A DNA stretch of 63,938 nt, filler included, from Octopus bimaculoides (GCF_001194135.2; 4 parts of 3 records of this genome joined end to end with filler, not necessarily neighbours in it); one strand, 5' to 3'; shown: positions 36,701 to 50,407, counted from the first letter of the whole stretch. A program made the numbers and translations. Notes: generated by a model not told the origin, from the sequence alone.

Positions 36701-38259
36701 AATGAATCTAATATCAAATTACAAGTAGCGCTTATGTCCCGACCGCCTTTTGTACAACAACTCCAACCAGCTGAAGCAACGTCGCGGCAATGTCTGAGTG
36801 TAAAAGAAATCTTTAGCCAGGAGCAGACATTTCTTAATCTTTCTCTCTGACTATTTAAATGAAGTGCTAAGTCGAGACGGTAGTAAATACAATTGAAAAG
36901 AACAATAATAAACCTGTATCTGCTTCGGCGAGTTGCAAGAAATAGCAACCAAATCTCCTTGAAATTGCTAACTAAGAAATGATACATCAGAGAATGTAGT
37001 CAATGACAAATTATGTTATTATAATATAGTTGAAATAAAGCAGTGAGTTGGCAAAACGCTTAGCGGCATTTCGTCCGTCTTCACGTTCTAAGTTCGAATT
37101 CCACCGAGGTCAACTTTGCCTTTCATCTTTCCAGGGTCGATGAAATAAGTACCAGTTGAGTACTGTCGTTGATGTAATGGACTTACCCCACCAAAAAGTT
37201 TCAAGCCTTGTACCTATAATAGTAAGGATTATAATATAATTGAAAAAAAAACATGCAGGGCTAGAATGTTTATGATGTTATTTAGATGAAATAGGGTCTG
37301 TTTGTGCTTCTCCTCAACGATGATCGCGAATGTTGGCTAACAATCGAAAGAGTATGATCGCGAATAGAAGTGGACAAAATTGTGTTCCTTCGGAATACCT
37401 CTGGATTAACGTGACTCAGCTGTTTTCTCCAAGGCGAACCAATTCCTATCCGTATTGAGCGACTTCAACTCCGGTATTACAGATATGTGATTAGAATGTC
37501 GTAGGAAAGAATGGCAAGGCAGATTCTTCAAGACGAGTCAACCGGCAGGAGATTTAAGGTTAAACCTAGCACACGATGGTTGGATAATATCAACGGTTTC
37601 AGTTGGTCCCGCCTTGGGAAATCCATCCGGAAAGTGTAGTGACGGTTGCTTCTTATATGAACCTATGGAAGATGGGGCTGAGGATTTTATCACTAAGACC
37701 GGCTCATGGAAAAGCGAGCGGAGGAGATGAATTGATGGATGGATGGATGGATGGATGGATGGATGGATGGTTGGATGGATGGATGGATGGATGGTGTGAA
37801 ACAACCGCTACAACAAATACAAAATCATACGATGACGAAGTTCATGGCAAAACGACGCGGGGTCATAGCCGTTGACACACCGCAAACATTTTGCATGTCT
37901 TCTAACGTGGCTGCAATTCGATCAAAGAAAGTCAGGTGAGCGAGCGAAAGTTGGTTGGACTGGAACTAGTGTTGAAGCGCATCGGAGGGAGGATTCCTGC
38001 CCTTGAAATGGTAGACTTCATGTATATCACCTGGTTCACTNNNNNNNNNNNNNNNNNNNNNNNNNNNNNNNNNNNNNNNNNNNNNNNNNNNNNNNNNNNN
38101 NNNNNNNNNNNNNNNNNNNNNNNNNNNNNNNNNNNNNNNCACCACCACCACCACCACCACCACTGCAATCGTCGCAACCACTGTCATCACTGCCACTACA
38201 ACTTCACTAGCATGTCCTCGTTGGGATGAATTTCTTCTCTGAATCTTTCTGTTTTCTTT

Positions 38260-38690
38260 TTCATCTGCTATGTCCAGAACGTAGGACAGGTGATCATGTC
38301 CATCCGAAATTCTCTGTTCTTTTATTATTATTCTTCTTTTTGTTTTGTAAGCGTTCCACTTTCTAATATTTAATGCCTCTTTGTTTTTTCAACCAGTTCG
38401 TCATGGTTGGCATCTCTGTCATCTTACTTCTTCCTCTGCGTTTTCCTCTTCACTCTTTCCGGTCATCACCAAATTCTCCAGGCCCTCTTTCGTCATCGCA
38501 TGACCAAGAAATCTCAGTTGCTTACCCTTTGTCTCAAGAAGCAGTTTCCTATTTACCGCAGTCCGAGCCATCATTTCTCCATTAGTCACTTTGTCCATGC
38601 TATCCTCAATATTCACCTTAACAACTTCATTTCACAGCTCTTCAAGTACTTTCTCGTCTCATTGTATTCATTGTATTTTTAACAAAGCAC
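38260..38690 (-). mobile_element. Decayed BovB-like RTE LINE RT C-terminus (different family)
   Basis: DKVTNGEMMAR..RKLLLETKGKQLRFLGHAMTKEGLENLVMTGK resembles the RTE/BovB pattern RQLRFLGHVMRKEGLENLV.TGKIEG. Confidence 0.72.
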
Positions 38691-38933
38691 GTCTACAAAT
38701 GATGTTATCCCAGGAACAAATACCGCAGTAATTAGCCTACAAACTGTGCATATACATTTGGTATAATACATAGATAACTATATGCCGTCGTTTCTTGATA
38801 GTTAAACTAAACACCTTGCTGTAAACCGGTCGAAAAACTGGCAACACTGGACTGTGAGAGACATTAAGTAAAGCGAAAGAAAAAAACCCCACCTAAAAGG
38901 AAAGATGCACAAATTTCTTTGCCGTGTATCTTC

Positions 38934-38972
<39 letters not shown>

Positions 38973-39136
38973 GTGTGTGTGTGTGTGTGTGTTGACAATA
39001 TAAATCTTAGTTATATATACAAATTTCTTCATTCTTTGTCACCTTCCAGAACTTTCTTCAAATTTCGTGCTTTCTCTTACAGTTTCATCACACATGTACA
39101 CTCAAATAAAATGTATACTCACACATGCACATACAC

Positions 39137-39197
<61 letters not shown>

Positions 39198-39407
39198 CAC
39201 ACACACATAGATTTAAAACTGCATGTATGCAATTATATATTCACACGTGTATATGTTTTTATATACATATGTATTCGTTCAGATGAATAAACAGTTGGCT
39301 AGACACACGTACACACACGAATGCGAAGCCGAAAAAGATCGGAAGAACAGAGTAAAAGTATGACAGCTACACGCTCACAGATGTGTATATATATGTATGT
39401 GTTTGTG

Positions 39408-39457
<50 letters not shown>

Positions 39458-39603
39458 TGTGTGTACAGCTGCACTCATACACCGAGATATATACTTGCAC
39501 ACGTCAACTTACGTATGTACCCGCAAACACTCTCGTATATATACATATAAACGTATGTGTATGTGTGGGTCTGTATATATATGTGTGTATATCTATCTAT
39601 CTT

Positions 39604-39676
<73 letters not shown>

Positions 39677-41946
39677 NNNNNNNNNNNNNNNNNNNNNNNN
39701 NNNNNNNNNNNNNNNNNNNNNNNNNNNNNNNNNNNNNNNNNNNNNNNNNNNNNNNNNNNNNNNNNNNNNNNNNNNNNNNNNNNNNNNNNNNNNNNNNNNN
39801 NNNNNNNNNNNNNNNNNNNNNNNNNNNNNNNNNNNNNNNNNNNNNNNNNNNNNNNNNNNNNNNNNNNNNNNNNNNNNNNNNNNNNNNNNNNNNNNNNNNN
39901 NNNNNNNNNNNNNNNNNNNNNNNNNNNNNNNNNNNNNNNNNNNNNNNNNNNNNNNNNNNNNNNNNNNNNNNNNNNNNNNNNNNNNNNNNNNNNNNNNNNN
40001 NNNNNNNNNNNNNNNNNNNNNNNNNNNNNNNNNNNNNNNNNNNNNNNNNNNNNNNNNNNNNNNNNNNNNNNNNNNNNNNNNNNNNNNNNNNNNNNNNNNN
40101 NNNNNNNNNNNNNNNNNNNNNNNNNNNNNNNNNNNNNNNNNNNNNNNNNNNNNNNNNNNNNNNNNNNNNNNNNNNNNNNNNNNNNNNNNNNNNNNNNNNN
40201 NNNNNNNNNNNNNNNNNNNNNNNNNNNNNNNNNNNNNNNNNNNNNNNNNNNNNNNNNNNNNNNNNNNNNNNNNNNNNNNNNNNNNNNNNNNNNNNNNNNN
40301 NNNNNNNNNNNNNNNNNNNNNNNNNNNNNNNNNNNNNNNNNNNNNNNNNNNNNNNNNNNNNNNNNNNNNNNNNNNNNNNNNNNNNNNNNNNNNNNNNNNN
40401 NNNNNNNNNNNNNNNNNNNNNNNNNNNNNNNNNNNNNNNNNNNNNNNNNNNNNNNNNNNNNNNNNNNNNNNNNNNNNNNNNNNNNNNNNNNNNNNNNNNN
40501 NNNNNNNNNNNNNNNNNNNNNNNNNNNNNNNNNNNNNNNNNNNNNNNNNNNNNNNNNNNNNNNNNNNNNNNNNNNNNNNNNNNNNNNNNNNNNNNNNNNN
40601 NNNNNNNNNNNNNNNNNNNNNNNNNNNNNNNNNNNNNNNNNNNNNNNNNNNNNNNNNNNNNNNNNNNNNNNNNNNGTGGGCTGGAGATAGCTGCGGATTT
40701 AGTTCCTACTCGTTCTGGATTTCGGCAGGCGGTGTGAAGCATCTCTGAAATCTGATAATAGCCACTGAGATACGGTTGTGGACATTTGTTATGTGAATGG
40801 AAGAAGGAAATGGCTTGGATGGCTTGTCCAATCAAATTTCTTCTTTTTTTTTGCCGTAATATTGGGTGGCATAAAAGGTGCACGGGTGTATGAGACGCAC
40901 CTCAATTTCAGCTGCGAGTATTCAAACAAAAAAGTTTTTAGCGTATTAAGAACTTGTTGTATCTGCCCAACTTAACTTATTGGGCACTGGGGTGTTTTTG
41001 TCTTTGTACCTGTATTTTATACCTGTATATGTGCTATTGTACCTGTATTTTAAAGAGCCAGCCTTGTCATACTCTGTGTCATGCTGAATCTCCATGAGAA
41101 CTATGTTAAAGGTAAGCGTGTTTGTAGAGTGCTCAGCTATTTTGCACCCCAATTTCACGAGCAGGCTGCTCGTGAAATTGAAGTTGATCGAATCAACTGG
41201 AACACTTTTCACCGTAACTGACGAGGTGCCAGTTTATGTCCTCCGTAACTTAGCAGTTCGGCGACAAAAGTCCGATAAACTAAAAGTTAGACTTAAAAAA
41301 GAAAGAGAATTATTGGAGTCGATTTCTTCAACGAAAACCATTCGAGGCGATGCTACAGCATGGCCGCAATCAAAACACTGAAACAAGAAAAGCGGAGAAA
41401 AAAATGTTAAACGATACAAACATTCCTTTAAGTTCCTCTTCATATATCGTCTGACGTTTTAACGTCCTCAGTAATAAGTTTTTCAGGACACCGTGCAGTT
41501 TGTAATAAGCATTTTCGCACATAAACCCATATATTGCTTTCATATTAATGTTTTTTATGTGCATTTATATCGTTATATTATGACACTCCCATAAAGAATT
41601 CTTGTCAGCCAAAAATCCCGAATCCGAAACCCCCCTCTTTAGTAATTTAACGCCACCGTCTTGGCATATTTCTGTTATCCTTGCTTTACTCTCAAATCTG
41701 TAGAATCCGTTTATACACATCTTTAATATTCCATTACATACATACGTACATACAAGCATACATACATAGTACATGCATTGATACATGCGTACATACATAC
41801 ATACATACATGCATACATACATACATACGTGCATGCTTACATATGCGGTACATGCATATATACATACATGATACATATATACACATACATATAATTAAAC
41901 ATACAAACTACATATAACTACATAATACATACATAGTACATACATA

Positions 41947-42010
<64 letters not shown>

Positions 42011-42109
42011 ATACATACATACATTCATGCACGCATGAACTCATATACACGTACATGATACATACATACATATATACATACAAACATATACATATACATA
42101 AATACATAG

Positions 42110-42543
42110 ACGTAGGAGTGGCTATGTGGTAAGTAGCTTGCTTACCAAGTACATGGTTCCGGGTTCAGTCCCACTGCGTGGCACCTTGGGCAAGTGTCTT
42201 CTACTATAGCCTCTGGCCGACCGAAGCCTTGTGAGTGGATTTAGTAGACGGAAACTGAAATAAGCCCGTTGTATATATGTATATATATACATATAAATAT
42301 ATATGTATGTATGTGTGTGTATATGTTTGCGTGTCTGTGTTTGTGACCCCCAACATCGCTTGACAACCGATGCCGGTGCGTCTACGTCCCCCTTAACTTA
42401 GCGGTTGGGCAAAAGTGACCGATAGAATAAGTACGAGGCTTACAAAGAATAAGTCCCGAGGTCGATTTGGTCGACTAAAAGCGGTGCTCCAGCATGACCA
42501 CAGTCAAATGACTGAAGCAAGTAAAAGAGTAAAGGAGTAAGAG
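42110..42543 (+). mobile_element. Full-length family A SINE
   Basis: Colinear with the 23515 copy from the tRNA-like head to the tail. Confidence 0.88.
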
Positions 42544-42818
42544 CATGAAGCAAAACTACTCCGAGGTTGATTTCACCCATTATTTCCTTCATTCCTCATT
42601 CCATTGTCAATTGTTTTTTTTTTTTTCACCCGATAAACCTGGAACAACAAATTCGTTGCAAATCGTTTTATTTGATATCAATTCCATACTTGCAAAACTT
42701 AAACGTATTGTTCGTAAAAAATGAAAGGATTAAACAGAAAAGTAACAAAAAAAAAGATCATACAATATTGTTTTGTACTAAAATATTGTTGTGTTGAAAT
42801 TACATCATTATTTGTTTA

Positions 42819-42918
42819 NNNNNNNNNNNNNNNNNNNNNNNNNNNNNNNNNNNNNNNNNNNNTTAATTAATTAANNNNNNNNNNNNNNNNNNNNNNNNNN
42901 NNNNNNNNNNNNNNNNNN
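42819..42918. other. Artificial scaffold linker
   Basis: N44-TTAATTAATTAA-N44. Confidence 0.97.
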
Positions 42919-43009
42919 CAGGCACATTAAAAAATGTAGCTCCATATATAAAATAATATACATATATATATATATACTTTATTTAAAAGCAGCAGAAATA
43001 TAACAAAAA

Positions 43010-43051
43010 AACCGTTACTCTGAGTTTCACGTTCCCGTTCATCGGACAGTT
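43010..43051 (-). ncRNA. Minimal type I hammerhead-like motif with U4C core
   Basis: Minus strand AACTGT-CCGATGA-ACG(GGAA)CGT-GAA-ACTC(A)GAGT-A-ACGGTT: all three stems pair; GUA cleavage triplet. Confidence 0.6.
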
Positions 43052-43154
43052 ATATATATATGTTTCAATACCAGTCACACAGGTGGTAAGCAGAAATCAC
43101 TTTTGAGGTGGAAACCAGTTCTTTTTGGGACATAAGCTCTCTCTCTCTCTCACA

Positions 43155-43194
<40 letters not shown>

Positions 43195-43574
43195 CACACA
43201 CACACACAATAACCTCATTCTTGTTTCAACCTGTTCTTTTTTTATCTGTCATCTACACAGGAATGTGGCAACATGACTAAAAAGCTGTCTGCGTGTATGA
43301 AACAAATTGCCACGTCTGCTAAAAACAATATGGTTTGTAAACTGTGAAACTTAAGAAACATCATGAACAAACCATGTTTATTTGAAAGCAAACTCAATTT
43401 AATTTTCCTGTCATTAAAGAAGGGGTGCAAGTGTGGCAAAAAGTTTGTTTCCCAACCACATGTATCCAAGTTCAGTCTCAATAGCATCTTGTAGCCTTGG
43501 GCCAACTGAGACCTTGTGGGTGGATTTGGTAAGCAGAAACTGAAAAAAGCCCGTATATATATATCATTTGTATT

Positions 43575-44398
43575 ATATCATCATCATCATCATCATCGTT
43601 TAACGTCCGCTTTCCATGCTAGCATGGGTTGGACGATTTGACTGAGGACTGGTGCAACCGGATGGCTACACCAGGCTCCAATCTAATTTGGCAGAGTTTC
43701 TACAGCTGGATGCCCTTCCTAACGCCAACCACTCAGAGAGTGTAGTGGGTGCTTTTACGTGTCACCCGCACGAAAACGGCCNNNNNNNNNNNNNNNNNNN
43801 NNNNNNNNNNNNNNNNNNNNNNNNNNNNNNNNNNNNNNNNNNNNNNNNNNNNNNNNNNNNNNNNNNNNNNNNNNNNNNNNNNNNNNNNNNNNNNNNNNNN
43901 NNNNNNNNNNNNNNNNNNNNNNNNNNNNNNNNNNNNNNNNNNNNNNNNNNNNNNNNNNNNNNNNNNNNNNNNNNNNNNNNNNNNNNNNNNNNNNNNNNNN
44001 NNNNNNNNNNNNNNNNNNNNNNNNNNNNNNNNNNNNNNNNNNNNNNNNNNNNNNNNNNNNNNNNNNNNNNNNNNNNNNNNNNNNNNNNNNNNNCTACTGA
44101 TGCTTCTTATGTTCAGCTTTTCTCTCAAGATACTTACACTCTAACGGGTATGCACATTTACATTACACATCCAGCGGAGCATACTGGCTTCATTCCTTGT
44201 GAGCTTACGCATGTCCTCAGCAGTCACAGCCCATGTGTCACTGCCATGTAGCATGGCTGTTCGTACACATGCGTCATACAGTCTGCCTTTTACTCTGAGT
44301 GAGAGTCCCTTTGTCGCCAGCAGAGGTAAGAGCTCTCTAAACTTTGCCCAGGCTATTCTTATTCTAGCAGTTACACTTTCAGCGCACCCACCCCCACA
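43575..44398 (-). mobile_element. Young 5'-truncated RTE LINE spanning an N gap
   Basis: GGCAESVTARIRIAWAKFRELLPLL...MLRWMCNVNVHTR at 44141-44398, and the (TCA)n tail with conserved 3' UTR at 43575-43781. Confidence 0.9.
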
Positions 44399-45806
44399 TA
44401 TATATATATATATATAGAGATTGAAAATATGTAAAGAAAGAAGAAAAATGCCTTCGTTTCCCATAGTTTAATATTTTTTTATATTAATATATACATATTA
44501 TATGGGTGTTGTAAAATCCAACCGGTTTTCGCTATTTAAATTAGCTTTTCAAGGGTAATTGTATAGTGATATTATAACATAATTATGACATCAAAATATT
44601 TTAATGTTATATTTAATGATACTTTTGTGTTTTGTAGCACTATGTCTATAGGAGAAGCTTTCTCAAGATGACTACCACAGTATTGTGGCTTTCTTACAGT
44701 ATATCTACATTAAGTAAGATATACAGAATGCTAATTTGAACTAACACTGCATTCATAGCTAATAACGAATGATAACAATGGTATTGTTTCATTATTTTAT
44801 TGCTTTATGTTTTTCTTTCAATGTCTCAATTGTGTTTACTTTCTTTCACCTCCTTCATGACCCCAAAAGATACTGAAAACTAAAATAATAAAGAAGCAGC
44901 AATAAAAAAAGAATAAATAAATACATTCACAAAAGCAACTGAAAGACAATGAAAAGGAAAGTGTATCATGTGGAGAAACACAAAAGATCATGTGTGAAGG
45001 AACGCAGAAACAATACAAAGTATAGGTTATAGACAGTGTATGTGTGGATTAATGGACATGTAAATCTTATCTTAAGCCAATAGCTCACTCAACTATTTAT
45101 TTGTTTGTGTATTTATTTAAATCTGTACCTTTTTATGTATTGATCTCTCTGTCTGTTGATCGATTGATCTCTCTGTTTGTCAATCGATTGATCTCTCTCT
45201 CTCTATCTGTTGATCGATTGATCTTTCTATCCACCTACTCAACCTCCCATCTGTCCATGTGTCTACATATGTCCATCTGTCCATGTGTCTACATGTATAT
45301 CTATGTATCACATGCACATTCATACATATATAGTTGATTGTTCATGTATGACTGAGAAGTATCATCATCATCATCATCATCATCGATTAACGTCCGTTTT
45401 CCATGCTGTCATGGGTTGGACAGTTTGACCAACAGGTTGCCAATTATTTAACAAGAGAAGGAACAATATTGACTTAAGTTTGGATATTTCCATATGCCAC
45501 GGGGTAAAAAAAAAAGGGTGCCTAATGTTTTAGGAGTCATCCATTTGTTAGAGAGAGAGAGAGAGAGAGGGGAAAGAAGGAAAGAGAGAGAGAATAAAAT
45601 AATTTTCTCAACTTAAAATATTTGTTTAAGATAAATTTATTCATCTTTGAGAGCTTTTTGGACTCAGTTTTTGGACTTTGCACTTAACATAAAAGAACTT
45701 CCACAAAGAACTTTCTCCCTGTCCACGAAACTGAATAAGAAATTCTTAATCTTTGTCAACCCACCAGAGTTGTCTATAAAACTGGAGACAAATGCCATTC
45801 TTATTC

Positions 45807-45841
45807 AGTTGGCGTTGCCGAAAGCGAACTGATCAGTCCTG
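45807..45841 (+). promoter_or_regulatory. Candidate non-coding first exon of SLC35C2 with initiator-like TCAGTT
   Basis: TCAGTT at 45805-45810, a local CpG cluster and a strong donor CTG|GTGAGT at 45842. It could splice to the acceptor at 47763. The true 5' end is uncertain. Confidence 0.4.
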
Positions 45842-47787
45842 GTGAGTCGTTCTCCATCTTTTATCTGTTACTTGTTTCAGTCATCAGCCTGTGGTCATGC
45901 TGGGGCATTGCCTCAACAAATTGACCCCAGAACTTGTTATATATTTTCTTTTTTACCAAACCTGGTGCTTATTCTATTAGTCTCTTTTGCTGAACTGCTA
46001 AGTCACTGGGACGTAAGCACACCCAACACCCCAGTTGTCAAGTGGTAGTAGGGGACAAACACAGACACAAAGATACGCACACACACACACACACACACAC
46101 AATGGGTTAGGGTTAGGGTTAAGAAAGATGGCCGATGGTCATGTAGGAGCCATGTGAGCAAGGGCGGAGGAATGAGGAAGAGTGACAGAGTAATAGAGTG
46201 GGAGAAGAGGAGGTAAAAGAATAAGAAAGAGAAAAACGGAGGGAGGATATATATGTGGACGAAGAGGGAGAGAGAGAGAGAGAGAGAAGGGCATGATTTG
46301 AGGGAAACTTAGCTACCTGTTTTAGCAGCTGGATGACAACATAGAATTCTTGTTATTTATGTTTATACACGATACAATAAAGTACTTATAAACTGCTGCG
46401 GTTGATTTATTTGATTGTATCCGTCTTTGAAAATGTGTTGTGAGGTAATGAATTGATAATTTCTCATTGCTGTTGTTTATTCTGAAATCAGCTGTGACTA
46501 ATGTGAGTTTGAATGAAAGACACCCCAGCTGTGACCACCACAACCGATAGGTTTCAACTGGAAGGGTCACATTTATTTGCTGTAGTATTGTTCTTCAGTG
46601 TTGTTAAACATGAAAACACAGCTGTTGCCGATGATGATGATGATGATGATGATGAATAGAAAACTGGGATGGTGGTGGGGTAGACAATGTGCCATGCAGT
46701 AGGATTGAACACAAAACCATGTGGTTAAGCAGGGAGAATGGTTATAAAAAAAAAAAAAAATGGAACGGATGTAAACGATGATAGTGGTGATGCAATGTCT
46801 GGCAATTATTATTATTATTATTATTTTTTATTTTATTTTTTTTTCGTCACAGACGTTCAGAGTTGTGATACAAATGTCTCACCAGTTATTTAAATTTTCT
46901 GTTGATTCTTTTCACTTCTTTTTCTTCTCTTTTAATGTTATGTCACTTCTTGTCATTTCTTATACAATATAATCCAGCCAGGGAGCTTATAGGGAGTCAC
47001 GTTCACCTGCTAGAAATAACAGCCAAATCTCCTTCAAATTATATTGTTTGAAGGATTTATGATAAATAGTAATAAAAAAAAAGACATGTCATTAAGAAAT
47101 AGATGTTTGGCCATTTTAAACAGCTGGTTACTGAGGCATTGTTTTATGGTTAGGTACCCTTCCTGTCACTAACCCTTACCTGTTTCCCAAGTAAGGGATC
47201 TTTTATTGCACATGTATTTAAAAGCACAAAGCCAGCAGATGTTTTGTTGACAGGGGTAATGATAACAATGTCACCACTTACAAAGGAAGCACAATTATAG
47301 CCCCCCCCCCACATGAGACAGGATTCTTTTTAGTTTCTGTTTACCAAGTCTACTCACAAGGTTTGTTCAACCTCGGGCTAGAGTAGAGGACATTTTCCCA
47401 AGGTACTGTGCAGTGGGACTGAACCCTGAACCATGTGGTTGGGAAGCAAATTTCTTAATCACACAGCCCTGCTTGTACCTATTTGTACTTATTACTTACC
47501 AATGCTGACCAATCACTTGTTTCTGTGGATTCTACTATTTTATTTCGATATATTTTGTAGCAACAATTTAACACTTTACCAGCCATATCTGGCCTCTCAT
47601 ACTTATCCTACAAGGCCATTCTAAAAATAAACGATCACATCATGAAAACCTTGAAACTTAGAAGATAATATGTGATTGATTCAAAACATTTGATAGAATA
47701 ATGTGGATGCTTAACGAGTTAAGACTTTTCCCTCATAATTTAATCTTTTGTTTTTCTTTTCAGTTGTGAAAAACCATTGTCTGAAGC

Positions 47788-47982
47788 ATGGTAAGGAATC
47801 CCTCGAAGGAGGAATCTCCATTGGCATCTGAGCAAATGACTGTAGCAAGTTCTTCGCAGAAAACTATGTTATTAAAATGTGCTTGTCAGTGCTTGGTAAA
47901 TTCTTTGAAATTGATTACCCTTGTCGTCTGCTACTACATCCTCTCCATCACTCTTACATTCTACAACAAATTATTTGTAAAG
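47788..47982 (+). CDS. SLC35C2: SLC35C2 coding exon 1 (MVRNPSKEES...YYILSITLTFYNKLFVK)
   Basis: YYILSITLTFYNK matches human YYCFSIGITFYNK. Acceptor TTTTCAG ends 47763; donor AAG|GTGAGT at 47983; phase 0. Confidence 0.88.
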
Positions 47983-48867
47983 GTGAGTTCTTAGCTTCAA
48001 TGAATTCTTCAACTGATGCAACTGAAATTTCGATTTTGAAATTATTTTTTATTTATTTGTAATCAATTGTAGGGTTCTTTCTTTCTTTCTTCCTTTCTTT
48101 CTTCCTTTCTTTCTTCCTTTCTTTCTTCCTTCCTTCCTTCCTTCCTTCCTTTCTTTCTTTCTTTTAGAATGTATTAATTAATATGTTGTAATATGACATA
48201 CATTCCAAGTTTCATGTAGAATTTTCAAAATTTTTACCCTCCAGTGCAGCCTCTCAGCACCTACTCCCTTCACCTCCCCCAATTTCTTTGTCCCTCCCTC
48301 CCTCTCTCTCTCTCCCCTCCCCTTCTCTTTCCATACTTAATAGAATTACAGTAAATGTTTTCTTTCTTTTTCTTTNNNNNNNNNNNNNNNNNNNNNNNNN
48401 NNNNNNNNNNNNNNNNNNNNNNNNNNNNNNNNNNNNNNNNNNNNNNNNNNNNNNNNNNNNNNNNNNNNNNNNNNNNNNNNNNNNNNNNNNNNNNNNNNNN
48501 NNNNNNNNNNNNNNNNNNNNNNNNNNNNNNNNNNNNNNNNNNNNNNNNNNNNNNNNNNNNNNNNNNNNNNNNNNNNNNNNNNNNNNNNNNNNNNNNNNNN
48601 NNNNNNNNNNNNNNNNNNNNNNNNNNNNNNNNNNNNNNNNNNNNNNNNNNNNNNNNNNNNNNNNNNNNNNNNNNNNNNNNNNNNNNNNNNNNNNNNNNNN
48701 NNNNNNNNNNNNNNNNNNNNNNNNNNNNNNNNNNNNNNNNNNNNNNNNNNNNNNNNNNNNNNNNNNNNNNNNNNNNNNNNNNNNNNNNNNNNNNNNTAAA
48801 GTTGCTAGCCTCATGCTATAATTTAGTAAAAAAAGGGGTTAAATCTATTCCTTTTTTTCACCCCTAG

Positions 48868-48931
48868 GTATTGTTAGTGCTCTTGACATTGGTATGTCTA
48901 ACTGGAGTTTTGAATACATTACTGTTTCACT
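48868..48931 (+). CDS. SLC35C2: SLC35C2 coding exon 3 (GIVSALDIGMSNWSFEYITVSL)
   Basis: Matches human [29 protein letters not shown] acceptor, GTAAGT donor, phases 1/2. Confidence 0.93.
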
Positions 48932-48967
48932 GTAAGTATTGTATTATTTCTAAGGATTTTTTTTATT

Positions 48968-49354
48968 GTAGTAAAGATTGTTTGCCAACATAACATGGCA
49001 GTCCTGATTTAGGATGAATGTTGCTGTAATTTAGCCCCAGGAGAGTAATTTTCTAATTTATAGATCAGTGACTAGTTGTCACTTTGAAAACTATATATTT
49101 TGAACGGGAATTTGGCAGTGCCACCTCTAGCCTAGCAATTATTCTGAAGTGATGAAGGGATATAACCCGGAAATTGCGATACACAGATATTGTTTTGAGG
49201 TGAGTGGGGGATACTAGATACCCTTGTTCGAAAATATAAGGACACAGATCATGTCGTATAGCCAGCTGGAGACAATGTCTCCTCAGGCTAAATTACAGCA
49301 ACATTCATCCTAAACCAGGACTGCCATGTCATGTTGGCAAACAATCTTTACTCC
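48968..49354. mobile_element. ~385-bp MITE/fold-back with ~75-bp TIRs in SLC35C2 intron 3
   Basis: AGTAAAGATTGTTTGCCAACAT...TTAGCCCCAGGAGA is near-perfectly complementary to 49277-49352. No TSD is recognisable. Confidence 0.8.
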
Positions 49355-49529
49355 AAAGTACTGTTGCTGAATATCTCTCCTTGTGAGATTTAAAAATAGT
49401 AATTTTCTGATTTTTTTTATTGTTTAAGTTAACTATTATGCCACAGTTTGTACAACCTGTCATACAACATCATATTCTATAGATCTCATAAAATATATGT
49501 AATATTTACTATTAATATATGTACGGTAA

Positions 49530-50068
49530 GAATGTGCCTGTACTGGTCACATACAAAGCACCCATGCTAGTGCCACATTAAAAATACCTGTGCTGGTGCC
49601 ATGTGTAAAGCATTGGTGTTGGTGCCATGTAGAAAAGCCCCCAGTTCACTCTGTAAAGTGGTTGGTGTTAGGAGGGACATTCCTCTGTAGAAATCATGCC
49701 AAAATGGTCAGCTAGAGCCTGGTGTAGCCCTCTGTCTTGCCAATTCCTGTCAAACAGTCCAAATCACGCCAGCATAGAAAATGAGCATCCAATGGTGATG
49801 ATAATATTTGCTGCCTGACTGGCTCCCCATGCTGGTGGCATGTAAAAAGCACCATCTGAACGTGGCTGATGTCAGTGCCACTGGCATGTAAAAGGCACCC
49901 CCTATGCTCTCAGAGTGGTTGGCATTAGGAATGGCATTCAGCTGTAGAAACATTACCAGATCAGATTGGAATCTGGTGCGGCCTCCTGGCTTGCAAGTCC
50001 CCAGTCAAACCATCCAACCCATGCCAGCATGAAAAATGGACATTAAATGATGATGATGATGACGATGG
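49530..50068 (+). mobile_element. RTE LINE 3' UTR fragment(s)
   Basis: Homologous to 11450-11940; ends CAACCCATGCCAGCATGAAAAATGGACATTAAATGATGATG. Confidence 0.8.
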
Positions 50069-50407
50069 ACTTCTTTCAGTTTCTGTCTCCCATCCACTGC
50101 TTGGCGACAAGATTTGATGTGTTTACATAGCTGTAACATAGCGGTTTGGCAAAAGAAATTGATAGAATATGTATCAAGCTTAAAAAAATATGTCCTGGAG
50201 TCAATTCATTTGACTACAAATTCTTCAAGGTGGTGCCCCAGCATGGCCACTGTCCTCTAACTGAAGCAAGTAAAAGGATAAAAGCTAATACCTTCTTGGT
50301 TATTCTAGAAAGTTTCTGGAATGTAAAAAGTCTGATGAATGGAATTTAAATTGCATTAAATTAAAATTCTCACCTGTGTGTTATATTAAGTGTTTCTTCC
50401 TTTACAG

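Noticed and set aside
45647-45832. 61-aa ORF upstream of SLC35C2
   Set aside because: Non-ATG start, stops before the donor, no family match; more likely UTR or promoter.
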